Part shown: positions 9,621 through 19,374 of the stretch, piece by piece | Layout: each line of letters opens with the position of its first letter | Position numbering within the stretch: the stretch's first letter is position 1 | Origin: Candidatus Gottesmanbacteria bacterium | GTDB taxonomy: Bacteria > Patescibacteriota > Microgenomatia > UBA10105 > UBA927 | NCBI GenBank assembly: GCA_030679255.1 | Contig: JAUXTO010000013.1 | Span: forward strand, 190,189-254,188 | Reading direction: 5' to 3' | DNA: 64,000 nucleotides | Program-made: the position numbers and the translations under genes | Notes under the pieces: model-generated | The model's database searches: none | Told to the model about the DNA's origin: nothing | Seen by the model: only the letters and a program-made list of their open reading frames with translations

Positions 9621-10270
9621 CAACAAAGCATAAAATAGTCATCGATGTCTTTATTTGCATCAGTGCTATTATCCTAGTAAGCGGTTATTCCGTGTGGCGC
9701 GTCAACCATTCAAATTCCGGTCAACTCTCCAAAGTCATAGTAGCCGGAAATACGATCCGCACAACTGTTCCGATTGTCCCGGACCCAGTATCACGGATAG
9801 ATACAGCATCACAACCTACTCCCGATGGGACGAAAAAAATAGTAATGGAAGCCACGCACAATAATAACGGGACCCTCACCTACATATTTACCTCAACCGA
9901 TGGGTCAGGAAACAACGTGCAACCTCTCTTTGACGCGGTCGTGCAAGCCTCTGCATCAGCTTCTGAGGGCATGAATGTACCGTTTAATGCATGGTCTCCG
10001 GATAATAAATATGTATTCATTCAAAAAAATGACGGTAATGCATTGGTATTTAAGGCAACGGGGGAAGAAATTATTCCGGGTCAGTATTATCTTGATGTAA
10101 AAGATGTATTTAACGCCTCTGGAAAAAAAGATACGTATCACGAAACTACCGGATGGGCATCTCCGACTCTTTTGATCGTCAACACGTTTGCCCCAGACAA
10201 TACAAAAGGCAGCTCGTATTGGTTTGAAGTTCCCTCCAAAGCCATCATCCAACTCTCCTCTTCGTTTTAA
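9617..10270 (+). CDS. hypothetical membrane-anchored secreted protein
   Basis: N-terminal TM, no recognisable domain. Confidence 0.4.
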   Translation: MTTKHKIVIDVFICISAIILVSGYSVWRVNHSNSGQLSKVIVAGNTIRTTVPIVPDPVSRIDTASQPTPDGTKKIVMEATHNNNGTLTYIFTSTDGSGNNVQPLFDAVVQASASASEGMNVPFNAWSPDNKYVFIQKNDGNALVFKATGEEIIPGQYYLDVKDVFNASGKKDTYHETTGWASPTLLIVNTFAPDNTKGSSYWFEVPSKAIIQLSSSF

Positions 10271-10312
10271 AAATTTGCTGAGTAGGTTGACAGGCCCGAT
10301 TAATCCTTATAA

Positions 10313-11239
10313 TCAATTAACTTTATTCTTTGGCTTCCCCTTAATGATTGATAATACGGTTTCGGTGGCTATTTTCGCTCTATTGAATTGCGTTCCTGCG
10401 GTAAAATAAGCTTGTTCAGGAAAAACCATGACATTCCCTTGATAATCAGTAAGCTTTTTTTCATTACTTTCAAACGCATATCCCCCTAACTTTCCACATG
10501 CCACCTTATCCAAAATATATTTTTCATCAAAAACGTGGGTATCTGACGTACTGACAATAATCGCAGTTTCTTTTAGTTGTGACAGCAATTTCTGATGAAT
10601 AGATCCTTTTAACTCCGGAGGGGTTGCGAGGGTGCTAAAAATAATATCGGCCACATCAAATAATTTTTCTAAGCTTACTGCTTTAAATAGTGTGTTCTTT
10701 TTCGTTCTATTCCAGTAATAAACATCTAATCCTAAACCCTTACAAAGTTCGGCGACTCGTTCCCCTATTCGTCCAAGTCCGATTATGCCAGCCGTTAGTC
10801 CCACTGCCTCTTTGTTTAAGTAATTGTCGTAATCCATTTTCCAATTATTTTTCACTATGAGCGGTAACTTTCGTAATAGGGAGAACATCATATAAATATT
10901 AAACTCCGCCACAGCCTCTGTCGGAGCTCCCGGAATGTTGGTCACGATAATTCCCATTTTGGCGAGTCTCCCAACATCAATCCAACTGTATGACGAGGTA
11001 GTCAAACACAAAGCCTTAAGACCCTGCATTCTTTTCACTCGTTCTATTGGGAAGGCATCCCAATTATCTTTCAAATATGCTGGATTTACGATCAAAATAT
11101 ACTCTTCCGACGAAAATAAACTTTTTACTTTTTCTAAATCGATATCATTGCCCTCAATAAACTCCACGTCATGCTTCTCCAATCTTTTCAATTGTTCTGA
11201 TCTAAAAAATATTTTTGGAAATATTATTTTGATTTTCAT
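10313..11239 (-). CDS. D-isomer-specific 2-hydroxyacid dehydrogenase, NAD-binding
   Basis: GIIGLGRIGERVAEL Rossmann motif; start set at MKIKIIF to avoid overlap. Confidence 0.7.
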   Translation of the reverse strand: MKIKIIFPKIFFRSEQLKRLEKHDVEFIEGNDIDLEKVKSLFSSEEYILIVNPAYLKDNWDAFPIERVKRMQGLKALCLTTSSYSWIDVGRLAKMGIIVTNIPGAPTEAVAEFNIYMMFSLLRKLPLIVKNNWKMDYDNYLNKEAVGLTAGIIGLGRIGERVAELCKGLGLDVYYWNRTKKNTLFKAVSLEKLFDVADIIFSTLATPPELKGSIHQKLLSQLKETAIIVSTSDTHVFDEKYILDKVACGKLGGYAFESNEKKLTDYQGNVMVFPEQAYFTAGTQFNRAKIATETVLSIIKGKPKNKVN

Positions 11240-11240
11240 A

Positions 11241-11912
11241 TTAGACTTCTTTGACTCGACCACCAACGTCGGCAAAATCAGACTCCCATGGCTTTGCATA
11301 AATTATAGATCCTTTTCCATGCATAATCTCTATACTACGCCCGAGTGTCGCTGCCAACTTCATGGAGCCTGATCCGTTTCCTTCATCTTCAGGCGTACCC
11401 CAGTCAGGTGCAAATGTACGTGCACGGATGAGTCCCTTTCTTTCGTCAATCCATGCCCAAACGAATGTATGTTTTTTTGACAAAGCTATTTTTGAGGAAA
11501 AATGCTCAACTTCTGTAGCATTCTTCAATTGTTCGTACTGCCATGGAGGCATCATATCTAAATTTGCACGTATCCAAGTAAATTCCATGTCTCTCCATGT
11601 TTTTATTACACTCCCAGCACACGTCAAACAATCGAGAGAAGGATTTCTTGTCTTATTTATAAACCACGCCGTACCAACCATTGCGTGGCCCGCAAAAGGA
11701 ACTTCTTCCCGGGGATTAAAGATGCTCACTTTGCCAGTTCGAAGATTGTTTATAAAAACAGATTCACTAAACCCAAGCTGGGTGGCAATTCGTTGGCGTT
11801 CTTTTGTGTCTATCTGATTCCCCTCATCAAGAATGACCCCTACCGGATTACCAAATTTATTATCTTGGTTCACGAATACACGGAGGGTATGTATTTTTAT
11901 ACCATTACACAT
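11241..11912 (-). CDS. PhzF-family isomerase-like protein
   Basis: FGNPVGVILDEG...LGFSESVF N-terminal block typical of PhzF/DapF-fold family. Confidence 0.55.
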   Translation of the reverse strand: MCNGIKIHTLRVFVNQDNKFGNPVGVILDEGNQIDTKERQRIATQLGFSESVFINNLRTGKVSIFNPREEVPFAGHAMVGTAWFINKTRNPSLDCLTCAGSVIKTWRDMEFTWIRANLDMMPPWQYEQLKNATEVEHFSSKIALSKKHTFVWAWIDERKGLIRARTFAPDWGTPEDEGNGSGSMKLAATLGRSIEIMHGKGSIIYAKPWESDFADVGGRVKEV

Positions 11913-12002
11913 AATCAGTTCGACCGATGAAAATACTATATAATTACAACAATTCGTTGAGCTGGATGAACTATTCCAATTTAGCCGTTATTACTCGTTT
12001 TT

Positions 12003-12623
12003 TTATTGAGACTCAATTAATTTATTAAGATCATTACTAGCTTTCCTTGGATTAGAAGAATCGTAAAGGAAAATTTGCCATCCAATTATTTTTGCTGCTT
12101 CTATATGCACTTGACTATTTTCTACAAAGAGAATTTCTCCACCACTAATACCAGCTTCCTTTTCGGCAAGTGTAAATATCCTAGAATCAGGCTTCTGTAA
12201 CTTTTTTTTACTTGAATCAATGATCACATTCCAATTCACATCTACAAAAAATCCTCGTTTTTTCATTTCGTCAAACATTCTTGGATACATATTTGTCAAA
12301 AGTCCAATCTTGAATTTTGAATGAATTTTTTCTATTACCGGTAATATCGATGTATTCTTTTCAAAACGATTAATAAACCCGTCAATGAGTAGTGAATAAT
12401 TATCCGGAATGTGAATATTGAATTGTTTTTTGAGGAGAGGTAGCAAGGATTCTACATCACGATCTATACAAACTTCATCCTTATATTTTTCCCAAAAATC
12501 ATCAAACTGCTGACTCATTCCTACAGGAATACCTAATTCTTGTTTAAGCTCTTTCCACTTATTCGTTCCACTGAAGTCCAATACTACAACACCGCCCACA
12601 TCAAAATATACGAAGGAAGTCAT
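12003..12623 (-). CDS. HAD-family hydrolase
   Basis: FDVGGVV motif I near N-terminus. Confidence 0.5.
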   Translation of the reverse strand: MTSFVYFDVGGVVVLDFSGTNKWKELKQELGIPVGMSQQFDDFWEKYKDEVCIDRDVESLLPLLKKQFNIHIPDNYSLLIDGFINRFEKNTSILPVIEKIHSKFKIGLLTNMYPRMFDEMKKRGFFVDVNWNVIIDSSKKKLQKPDSRIFTLAEKEAGISGGEILFVENSQVHIEAAKIIGWQIFLYDSSNPRKASNDLNKLIESQ

Positions 12624-12737
12624 ATCATTGCTTTAGATTAATTCTGCAATCCAATTGCGCACTGAAAGGCTTAAGCTCTTCTCCAGAGACGAATCATCCC
12701 CTACTGAGAACCAAATAAAAAATTCCCGTTGGGATCT

Positions 12738-12811
12738 GGGCTGGGAGACCTGGATTCGAACCAAGATAAACGGATTCAGAGTCCGTTGTCCGACCATTAG
12801 ACGATCTCCCA
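12738..12811 (-). tRNA. tRNA-Gln (anticodon CTG)
   Basis: manual fold: acceptor UGGGAGA/UCUCCCA with U1:A72 and G73 (Gln identity), D-stem GTCT/GGAC, anticodon loop CTCTGAA, T-loop TTCGAAT. Confidence 0.8.
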
Positions 12812-12873
12812 GCTCAAGTCCCAACCACGTGATTATATCCTACTTTTATCCTCCCCACCAACCTTCGTAACCT

Positions 12874-12907
12874 ATCACAAAATTATGCACGTGCATAATT
12901 TTGTGAT
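12874..12907. repeat. 34-bp perfect palindrome ATCACAAAATTATGCACGTGCATAATTTTGTGAT (copy 1)
   Basis: exact match to copies at 13677 and 41089. Confidence 0.9.
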
Positions 12908-12993
12908 GTTTGAGGGATACAATGATATTAGATAGTAGATAATAAATAATGATAATGGATACGAAACGAATACAATAAGTCTATAAAAAAACC

Positions 12994-13662
12994 TCAAACT
13001 CCAAAATACTCACGATATGAAGCATCATCTTCAAGTTTGGTTACGAGAAGATATTTCACCATGGAACCCACCGCGTAATACGAACGCAAAAATTCTACTT
13101 CATCATGACACGGGTATGGATAGAGATAGACACTCTCCTGCATCTGATAAAACCCCATCGTTTTAAGTGCATCCCGAATAACTGACTGTACGCTACGATC
13201 TCGAGCGGGGATGTCATAGATAACCACGCGCCAATTCCCATCCCAACTAGTTGGTTTTTTCACTTCTAACTGATCAAGAGAATATTTGAGAATCTTCGTT
13301 TTTCCTTCCCGTGTAATGGTGACTACATCCTGTCCGTCTGAATGAGAGTACTGTATGAGTTTCTGTAATTCAAGACGTTTCAATGACTGCCGAAGATACC
13401 CTCTGTTAAATCGCTTCCAACGATCTGGCTCATAGGAAAATGATGACGAAAAGAACGCTTTCCCAAGGGTACCTGCGACATTGGGCGCTATAAACGCGGT
13501 GGCAATCGTCGCGCCCATTCCTAAATATGTGAGGATGTGTTTAACCGAAGCAAACTTTTTCTCGCGATCCTCGTGCTGGTACCGTTCAAAAAGATACGAA
13601 GCAGTCTTTTGAAACTGTTTTTCAGTAAACGATGATTCTTTGACGAAATTCCTCTTCGTCAT
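12994..13662 (-). CDS. PaaX-like transcriptional regulator (N-terminal winged helix, C-terminal Cas2-fold PaaX_C domain)
   Basis: LRQSLKRLELQKLI...VTITREGK wHTH; WRVVIYDIPARDRSV...GFYQMQESVYL PaaX_C-like. Confidence 0.55.
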   Translation of the reverse strand: MTKRNFVKESSFTEKQFQKTASYLFERYQHEDREKKFASVKHILTYLGMGATIATAFIAPNVAGTLGKAFFSSSFSYEPDRWKRFNRGYLRQSLKRLELQKLIQYSHSDGQDVVTITREGKTKILKYSLDQLEVKKPTSWDGNWRVVIYDIPARDRSVQSVIRDALKTMGFYQMQESVYLYPYPCHDEVEFLRSYYAVGSMVKYLLVTKLEDDASYREYFGV

Positions 13663-13676
13663 ATCTCCTTCAGCAT

Positions 13677-13710
13677 ATCACAAAATTATGCACGTGCATA
13701 ATTTTGTGAT
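13677..13710. repeat. 34-bp perfect palindrome (copy 2), 15 bp upstream of PaaX-like start
   Basis: exact repeat. Confidence 0.9.
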
Positions 13711-13726
13711 GGTTAGAGTATGGTAA

Positions 13727-14578
13727 TTAAACTGGAAGACGCAGGACACCGCGAGAGGAACGCTCTATGAGACCATCTTTGACCAGCGAGGCGATAATAG
13801 AGAGAAGGAATGCTACCGGCTTGGTGTACGTTTTTCCTAGCTCATTGAGAAACTTTTTTTCCGATATTTCTCCTTCCCGCAATCTATCAACTATGCGACC
13901 GCGATAATATCTATTTGAGTCTTTAAATGGTTTTTGCTTTTTCCTATTGGTCATTGGATATTGCCTGCCTGCCGGCGAGGCAGGGACATTGGTCATTGCC
14001 AACGCTCCATAGTCCATGAGTGCTTGGTGCCACTGCCAGGACTTGCCCGGCGGGATTAATTGGCGGGCAATATCTTCTATCTCCTTTTCCAAAGCCCGGC
14101 CTTGTGTCTGATCTTTCAAAAAGAAATGGGTAACAATCTGACGGATATTTGTATCGATAAGTGGGACTTCTTGCTCATATGCGAATACTAATAGTGCTCG
14201 AGCAGTATATATACCCAATCCCGGAAGATTACGCAGATCTTTCTCGGTTAATGGAAATATACCGTGATACTCTTCAACAATCATTTTTGCTGCTCTCTGC
14301 AGATACAATGCGCGGCGGTTATATCCCATCCCCTTCCAGATACGCAAAACGGCGCCGGGACTGGCATGGGCAAGAATTTTTATTGTAGGATACCGTTCGA
14401 TAAACTCACGGTACTTCGCGACGACGCGAAGTACCTGCGTTTGCTGAAGCATAACCTCCGAGACCATGATCCGGTAGGGATCACGCGTATGGCGCCATGG
14501 AAGATCACGACGATGAGTCTTCCACCACGAGAAAATCTTCTGTTGAAATGAAGTGATTTGTCTTTTAGTAAGCTTCAT
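13727..14578 (-). CDS. HhH-GPD base-excision DNA glycosylase (MutY/Nth family, no Fe-S cluster motif)
   Basis: MLQQTQV, LPGLGIYTA HhH-GPD motifs; no C-x6-C-x2-C-x5-C. Confidence 0.7.
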   Translation of the reverse strand: MKLTKRQITSFQQKIFSWWKTHRRDLPWRHTRDPYRIMVSEVMLQQTQVLRVVAKYREFIERYPTIKILAHASPGAVLRIWKGMGYNRRALYLQRAAKMIVEEYHGIFPLTEKDLRNLPGLGIYTARALLVFAYEQEVPLIDTNIRQIVTHFFLKDQTQGRALEKEIEDIARQLIPPGKSWQWHQALMDYGALAMTNVPASPAGRQYPMTNRKKQKPFKDSNRYYRGRIVDRLREGEISEKKFLNELGKTYTKPVAFLLSIIASLVKDGLIERSSRGVLRLPV

Positions 14579-14648
14579 TGCGTGTCGTTATTATACTCTG
14601 GATCCCCGCGTACGCGGGGATGACCAATTGCGGTGGGAATGACAACTA

Positions 14649-15071
14649 CTAGAGGCTTTGGAGGTCGGTCGTAAATTCTGAGGAATTACCTGACTCTATC
14701 GTCGTCGTACTCAGATCCTTTTCAATATCAGTGATACTATCTGATGAAGAAAGCGCGGGAGTTGTCGTTATCGTTGGTGTAGACGTCGGCTTAGATGTAT
14801 TAAACCCCTCATTGGGTTTGTTCGCCTGATTTACGAGTGGCGGCGGAGTATTGGATACATTTTCTACCGGCTTTTGTTGTCCGGCATAGTAAAAATATGC
14901 ACTCCCACCGATAATTGCTACACCGAGTACAACTGCAAGCCAAAGGAGTCCGGGTCCTTTTTTGGCGGGCTCCGGAGGCACTACAACAGCACCCGATCCC
15001 ATGATCGAGGGCATGTCTTGTGCTGGCGTGGGTTCTACAGGAACTGATGGTGCTTGTTCTGCCATAGTCAT
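14649..15071 (-). CDS. hypothetical membrane-anchored low-complexity (Pro/Thr-rich) protein
   Basis: single TM, low complexity. Confidence 0.4.
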   Translation of the reverse strand: MTMAEQAPSVPVEPTPAQDMPSIMGSGAVVVPPEPAKKGPGLLWLAVVLGVAIIGGSAYFYYAGQQKPVENVSNTPPPLVNQANKPNEGFNTSKPTSTPTITTTPALSSSDSITDIEKDLSTTTIESGNSSEFTTDLQSL

Positions 15072-15814
15072 TATTGAGCGACACTACTGCCCGTAGCGGT
15101 CGGTGTCGTCGTAGTTTTAGACAAAGAAACCATTGTTTTGATTTCGCTGTATACTTTTTGCACCAAATCGCGTGCGGTCTGCACCGTCCGATGCACTGAT
15201 TGCAGATCTGATTCTAACTGCTTCACTGTCGCGCCTACATCATTTTTTGCCGTCGTATCATCGGCGACCGTCACCTGATACGTCTTCACTTTCTGCGCTG
15301 CAACCGCAGTCTCTGCAGTAGTGATTGCTGTGCGTGCCGTCGTAATTGCCGTCTCGATATTGGTAACATTTTTCCCTTCAGTTTTTGCTTTTTCCGTACG
15401 AGAGGTGATTTTATCCAAAACCGTCGATAAACGCTCAAGCACTTTTAGAAAATGCTCGGTCCTTCGTTCGTTGACGTTTCCAAGCTTTTCTTGCACCCGT
15501 TCAACAACTTTTTTTTTGCGTTCATCACGCATTGCCGTTACTTTTGCTTTCATTTCTTCTCTCTTCGCCCCAACAACGGCTTTTACTTCCGCACGTTTTG
15601 CTTCACGGCTGGCTTCACGAGTGTTTTTGAGATTTTCCCATCGTTCCTTAGTCGCGGTTCGAATCTCTTCTCGCTTCTCCTTGACTTCTTCTTTGACGGC
15701 CGCACGGCTTGCTGCTGTTTCTGCGCGAAACTCTTTCGCGGTTGTCGCAGCAATGACCGGCGTTGTAAGAAGTAAAAATGAAAGTGTCGGTACAATTATA
15801 TTTCGTAAACTCAT
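15071..15814 (-). CDS. hypothetical secreted coiled-coil protein (Lys/Glu-rich)
   Basis: signal peptide MSLRNIIVPTLSFLLLTTPVIAA; start trimmed to that Met. Confidence 0.4.
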   Translation of the reverse strand: MSLRNIIVPTLSFLLLTTPVIAATTAKEFRAETAASRAAVKEEVKEKREEIRTATKERWENLKNTREASREAKRAEVKAVVGAKREEMKAKVTAMRDERKKKVVERVQEKLGNVNERRTEHFLKVLERLSTVLDKITSRTEKAKTEGKNVTNIETAITTARTAITTAETAVAAQKVKTYQVTVADDTTAKNDVGATVKQLESDLQSVHRTVQTARDLVQKVYSEIKTMVSLSKTTTTPTATGSSVAQ

Positions 15815-15867
15815 ATATACATGGTTACACGGAATGCCATGGTCTGTCAACCCCACCCGATCTAAAA

Positions 15868-16920
15868 TTACTCCACCCATTCTGGGGCGACTGCTGGTAC
15901 ATACGCCAAAAACCCGTAATCTCCCTCAAACACAAATACCGGTTGTAAGTACATTTGCGGATCAAAACTATCGTAGTACCCTAAATACACCTGCCGGATG
16001 ACGACATTTGTAGCGGCACTCGTCGGGTACCGCGCGATATACACGCGTCCCGCTTGAAGTTCCTCCCATGCTGTGCTGCTGGGTTTGAGCGCATACGTGC
16101 CTTGCGTTTCATAATCTATAGGCCAGAGGGTATAGGCAATCTGCAGTATCTTTTTCTTCTCATTTTTTGATCCGGAAAAAACGAACACTGCCTGTCCCTC
16201 ATCCGGATTTGGCGGAAACAGCCGCATCCCACTCACATTCTTGCGGAAAAAATCCACCCGCACCGCATCGGCTTGAGAAAGACTCGTCGTTCCCAAAAGT
16301 TTATCACCCACGAGCTTGAGAAAACTTACTTTACTCGTGCCCTGAGATAAATCCGTCCCATAAAGCGCAAACGTCTGGAGCATGGCTTTTCCTTCGGCAA
16401 TTGCAGCATCCACACCCGGGATATTGCGGTCGGAAAAAAGACCTGTGTCTTGTTCAAATCCATACCGTAAAATAAAATTGTTGGATACGATATCATACCG
16501 CAACCTTCGAAGTGGCGCGGTGACATCCTCAAAACGGTACACTGATTTCGTTTCTTCTATGGGACTAGGATCAAGACCCAAACGGGTCGCGAAGTCCTGT
16601 GTCCGGGACAGGGCGAGGAGATTGGCCGCGGGTTTGGGCATGAAATAGACCGCTGCCGATTCAGACGCTACCGGAACATTGCCGACGATAGTTTCCAGTC
16701 GATACGTAAATTGAGCGGAAGGTGATGCTTCAGAAAATTTTAATGCCGGTAGCTTTCCAAACCGGAAATTTGGCGGTGGCGGTTTGGGCGGAAATATCTC
16801 AAGCCAAACAGCGACGAACACACTCCAAAAAAAACGAAGAACGATATAAGAAATGACGGCAAGTATCGACCAATTGATCGTCCGGCGGGTGTAATAGGCG
16901 GTTTCGGTGAGATTAGCCAT
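15868..16920 (-). CDS. hypothetical membrane-anchored protein
   Basis: N-terminal TM then PKPPPP linker; no known domain. Confidence 0.4.
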   Translation of the reverse strand: MANLTETAYYTRRTINWSILAVISYIVLRFFWSVFVAVWLEIFPPKPPPPNFRFGKLPALKFSEASPSAQFTYRLETIVGNVPVASESAAVYFMPKPAANLLALSRTQDFATRLGLDPSPIEETKSVYRFEDVTAPLRRLRYDIVSNNFILRYGFEQDTGLFSDRNIPGVDAAIAEGKAMLQTFALYGTDLSQGTSKVSFLKLVGDKLLGTTSLSQADAVRVDFFRKNVSGMRLFPPNPDEGQAVFVFSGSKNEKKKILQIAYTLWPIDYETQGTYALKPSSTAWEELQAGRVYIARYPTSAATNVVIRQVYLGYYDSFDPQMYLQPVFVFEGDYGFLAYVPAVAPEWVE

Positions 16921-16986
16921 ACATTAGATAGACATCAGTACATTGAGTATAAGGTGACCAGTTGATAGAATCAATCGTACAAGCTT

Positions 16987-18435
16987 ATGAAACCCGTACG
17001 TACGCGTATCGCGCCATCACCTACCGGCGAAAATCTCCACATTGGCAATGCCTATACGGCGCTTATCAACTACGTCGTTGCGAGACAAAACAACGGACAA
17101 TTCATTATCCGCATCGAAGACACAGACCGGACGCGGTTTGTAGAAGGATCAGAGACACGGATACTTGAGTCTCTCTCTTGGCTCGGCATCCCCCACGACG
17201 AAGGGCCGGATAACGGTGGCCCTTTTACTCCCTACAGGCAATCAGACCGCCTCGCTATCTACAAACAATATGCTGAAGAGTTAGTCAAAAAAGACCATGC
17301 CTACTACTGTTTCTGCACACCGGAACGCCTCAGCGCAATGAGGAAAGATCAGGAAGCACGGCATGAGGCGCCGAAGTATGATGGACACTGTAGAAAAGTC
17401 GAAAGTCGAAAGTCGCCTGCCCGCAATGCTACGCAAAGCGTTGCAGGCGGGAAAGTCGAAAGTGAAAAATATGTTATAAGACTCAAGGTTCCGGAAGAAG
17501 GGACGACAACATTCACCGATCTCATCCGGGGGGAGATTTCTTTTGAAAACAAGCTCATTGATGATCAGGTCATCCTCAAATCCGACGGGTATCCGACGTA
17601 TCACCTGGGGGTCGTCGTTGATGATCACCTCATGGAGATATCTCATATCATCCGCGGCGAAGAATGGATTTCCTCAACGCCAAAACACATCCTTCTCTAT
17701 AAATTTTTTGGGTGGGAGCCGCCGATCTATGCCCACATGCCGCTTCTGCGAAACCCGGATAAAAGCAAACTCTCAAAGAGAAAAAACCCGGTATGGGTGT
17801 CCTGGTACAAAGAGCAGGGATTTTTGCCTGAAGCCGTCGTCAATTATCTGGCAACGATTGCCTGGACGCATCCCGATGGAAAAGAATTATTTACGATTCT
17901 GGAAATGATACGCGTGTTTGATCTGAAAAAAATCCAAACCACGGCGCCTGTTTTTGATCTAGAAAAATTACGATGGATGAATGGAGAGTATCTAAGGCGA
18001 AGTCAAAAGTCACCTGCCCGCAATGCTACGCAAAGCGTTGCAGGCGGGAAAGTCAAAAGTCAAATCTTTGATTTTTATCATGGTAAATACGATGAAGCCA
18101 TAATAGAAAAAACTCTCTCTCTCGTAATTGAACGGATAAAAACACTGGGGGAATATGAGATGATGGCAGGATTTTTCTTTGAGAGACCTAAAGTATTCGA
18201 GCGGCCAATCAATAAAAAATTATTAACCATTGCCCAGGAAACCCTCGAAACCTGTATTTGGAATCATGACGCGATGGAAAAAGCTATACGGGAAGCGGCA
18301 GATAAGGCCAAAATGAAGGCAAAGGACGTATTTATGGAGCTTCGCGTGGCCGTCACCGGTAAAACCGTCGGACCACCACTCCTCGAGTCATTAGAACTAT
18401 TGGGAAAAGAGGAAACACTTACCCGTCTTTCTTAA
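16987..18435 (+). CDS. gltX: glutamyl-tRNA synthetase
   Basis: PSPTGENLHIGNAYTAL (HIGH) and KLSKR (KMSKS) motifs; two internal identical 14-aa segments KSPARNATQSVAGGKV. Confidence 0.9.
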   Translation: MKPVRTRIAPSPTGENLHIGNAYTALINYVVARQNNGQFIIRIEDTDRTRFVEGSETRILESLSWLGIPHDEGPDNGGPFTPYRQSDRLAIYKQYAEELVKKDHAYYCFCTPERLSAMRKDQEARHEAPKYDGHCRKVESRKSPARNATQSVAGGKVESEKYVIRLKVPEEGTTTFTDLIRGEISFENKLIDDQVILKSDGYPTYHLGVVVDDHLMEISHIIRGEEWISSTPKHILLYKFFGWEPPIYAHMPLLRNPDKSKLSKRKNPVWVSWYKEQGFLPEAVVNYLATIAWTHPDGKELFTILEMIRVFDLKKIQTTAPVFDLEKLRWMNGEYLRRSQKSPARNATQSVAGGKVKSQIFDFYHGKYDEAIIEKTLSLVIERIKTLGEYEMMAGFFFERPKVFERPINKKLLTIAQETLETCIWNHDAMEKAIREAADKAKMKAKDVFMELRVAVTGKTVGPPLLESLELLGKEETLTRLS

Positions 18436-18474
18436 CTATTTGTCGGATTGGGTTATTGGTCGGATTGGTCTGGA

Positions 18475-19374
18475 TTAAACCGTATCCATCCAGTGCGGAT
18501 CGGTTTCGACGGTAAGCTCTAAGTAAACCTTCTTATTGGTCGCAGTCTCCAATTCCTTGCGGGCGGCCATACTGATTTCTTTGACCATGACGCCACCTTT
18601 ACCAATAATCATGGATTTATAACGGTCTGCCGAGGTCAGGATGCGTGCTTTGACATAAAGGAGCCCGTTGTCCCGGACAATTACATCGTCTACAACTGCC
18701 GTCACCGAATAAGGCACTTCCCGCCGGAGAAACAGAAATGCTTTTTCCCGGATGATCTCGGATAGAAAGGTCTTGCTGTCGATGTTAAGTCCCGGCTGGA
18801 CCAAATCTTTTGACTGCACCAATGGCTTACCTTCGGGTAAAAATTCAAAAATCACCTGAAGGAGTTTTCCTAAATGTTTGCGTTCCAAGGCAGAAATTTC
18901 GACCACATCGTCAAACTCCTCTTCCATGAATTTATATTGGACGATGTGCGTGGGGCGCACGACGTCAATCTTGTTGATGACAAGGAGTTTTGGCCCCTGA
19001 AATTTACGGACAATTCCGAACGTTTTATTTTCCTCGAGATCCCGCTCCCGCGTATGGTCAACGAGATAAATGACCAGATCAAGCTCTTTATTCACCTGAC
19101 TTTCAGCTTCCAAATTGATCCGTCGGGCGAGTTGGTCCTTTACCTTCCCTACGACCCCCGGAGTATCGACAAATATGATCTGACCGCGGTCATCCTCGTA
19201 GACGGCCTGAATGGCAAACCGGGTGGTCTGCGGTTTGGGCGAAGTAATAGACACTTTCTGACCAAGAAGATTATTAAGAAGTGTCGATTTACCGGAATTC
19301 GGGCGGCCAATGATGGCGACCACACCTGCTTTTTGTACGACTGGTTCCATGAAGGGCATTGTATCACACCCCAC
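18475..19374 (-). CDS. era: GTPase Era
   Basis: GRPNSGKST G1, DTPG G3, NKID G4, C-terminal KH domain; exact start uncertain. Confidence 0.85.
   Translation of the reverse strand: MGCDTMPFMEPVVQKAGVVAIIGRPNSGKSTLLNNLLGQKVSITSPKPQTTRFAIQAVYEDDRGQIIFVDTPGVVGKVKDQLARRINLEAESQVNKELDLVIYLVDHTRERDLEENKTFGIVRKFQGPKLLVINKIDVVRPTHIVQYKFMEEEFDDVVEISALERKHLGKLLQVIFEFLPEGKPLVQSKDLVQPGLNIDSKTFLSEIIREKAFLFLRREVPYSVTAVVDDVIVRDNGLLYVKARILTSADRYKSMIIGKGGVMVKEISMAARKELETATNKKVYLELTVETDPHWMDTV

Noticed and set aside
14602-14621. Perfect 20-bp GC palindrome ATCCCCGCGTACGCGGGGAT between two minus-strand genes
   Set aside because: No U-tract on either strand, so not a canonical intrinsic terminator; it may still be a processing hairpin. 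Single copy.
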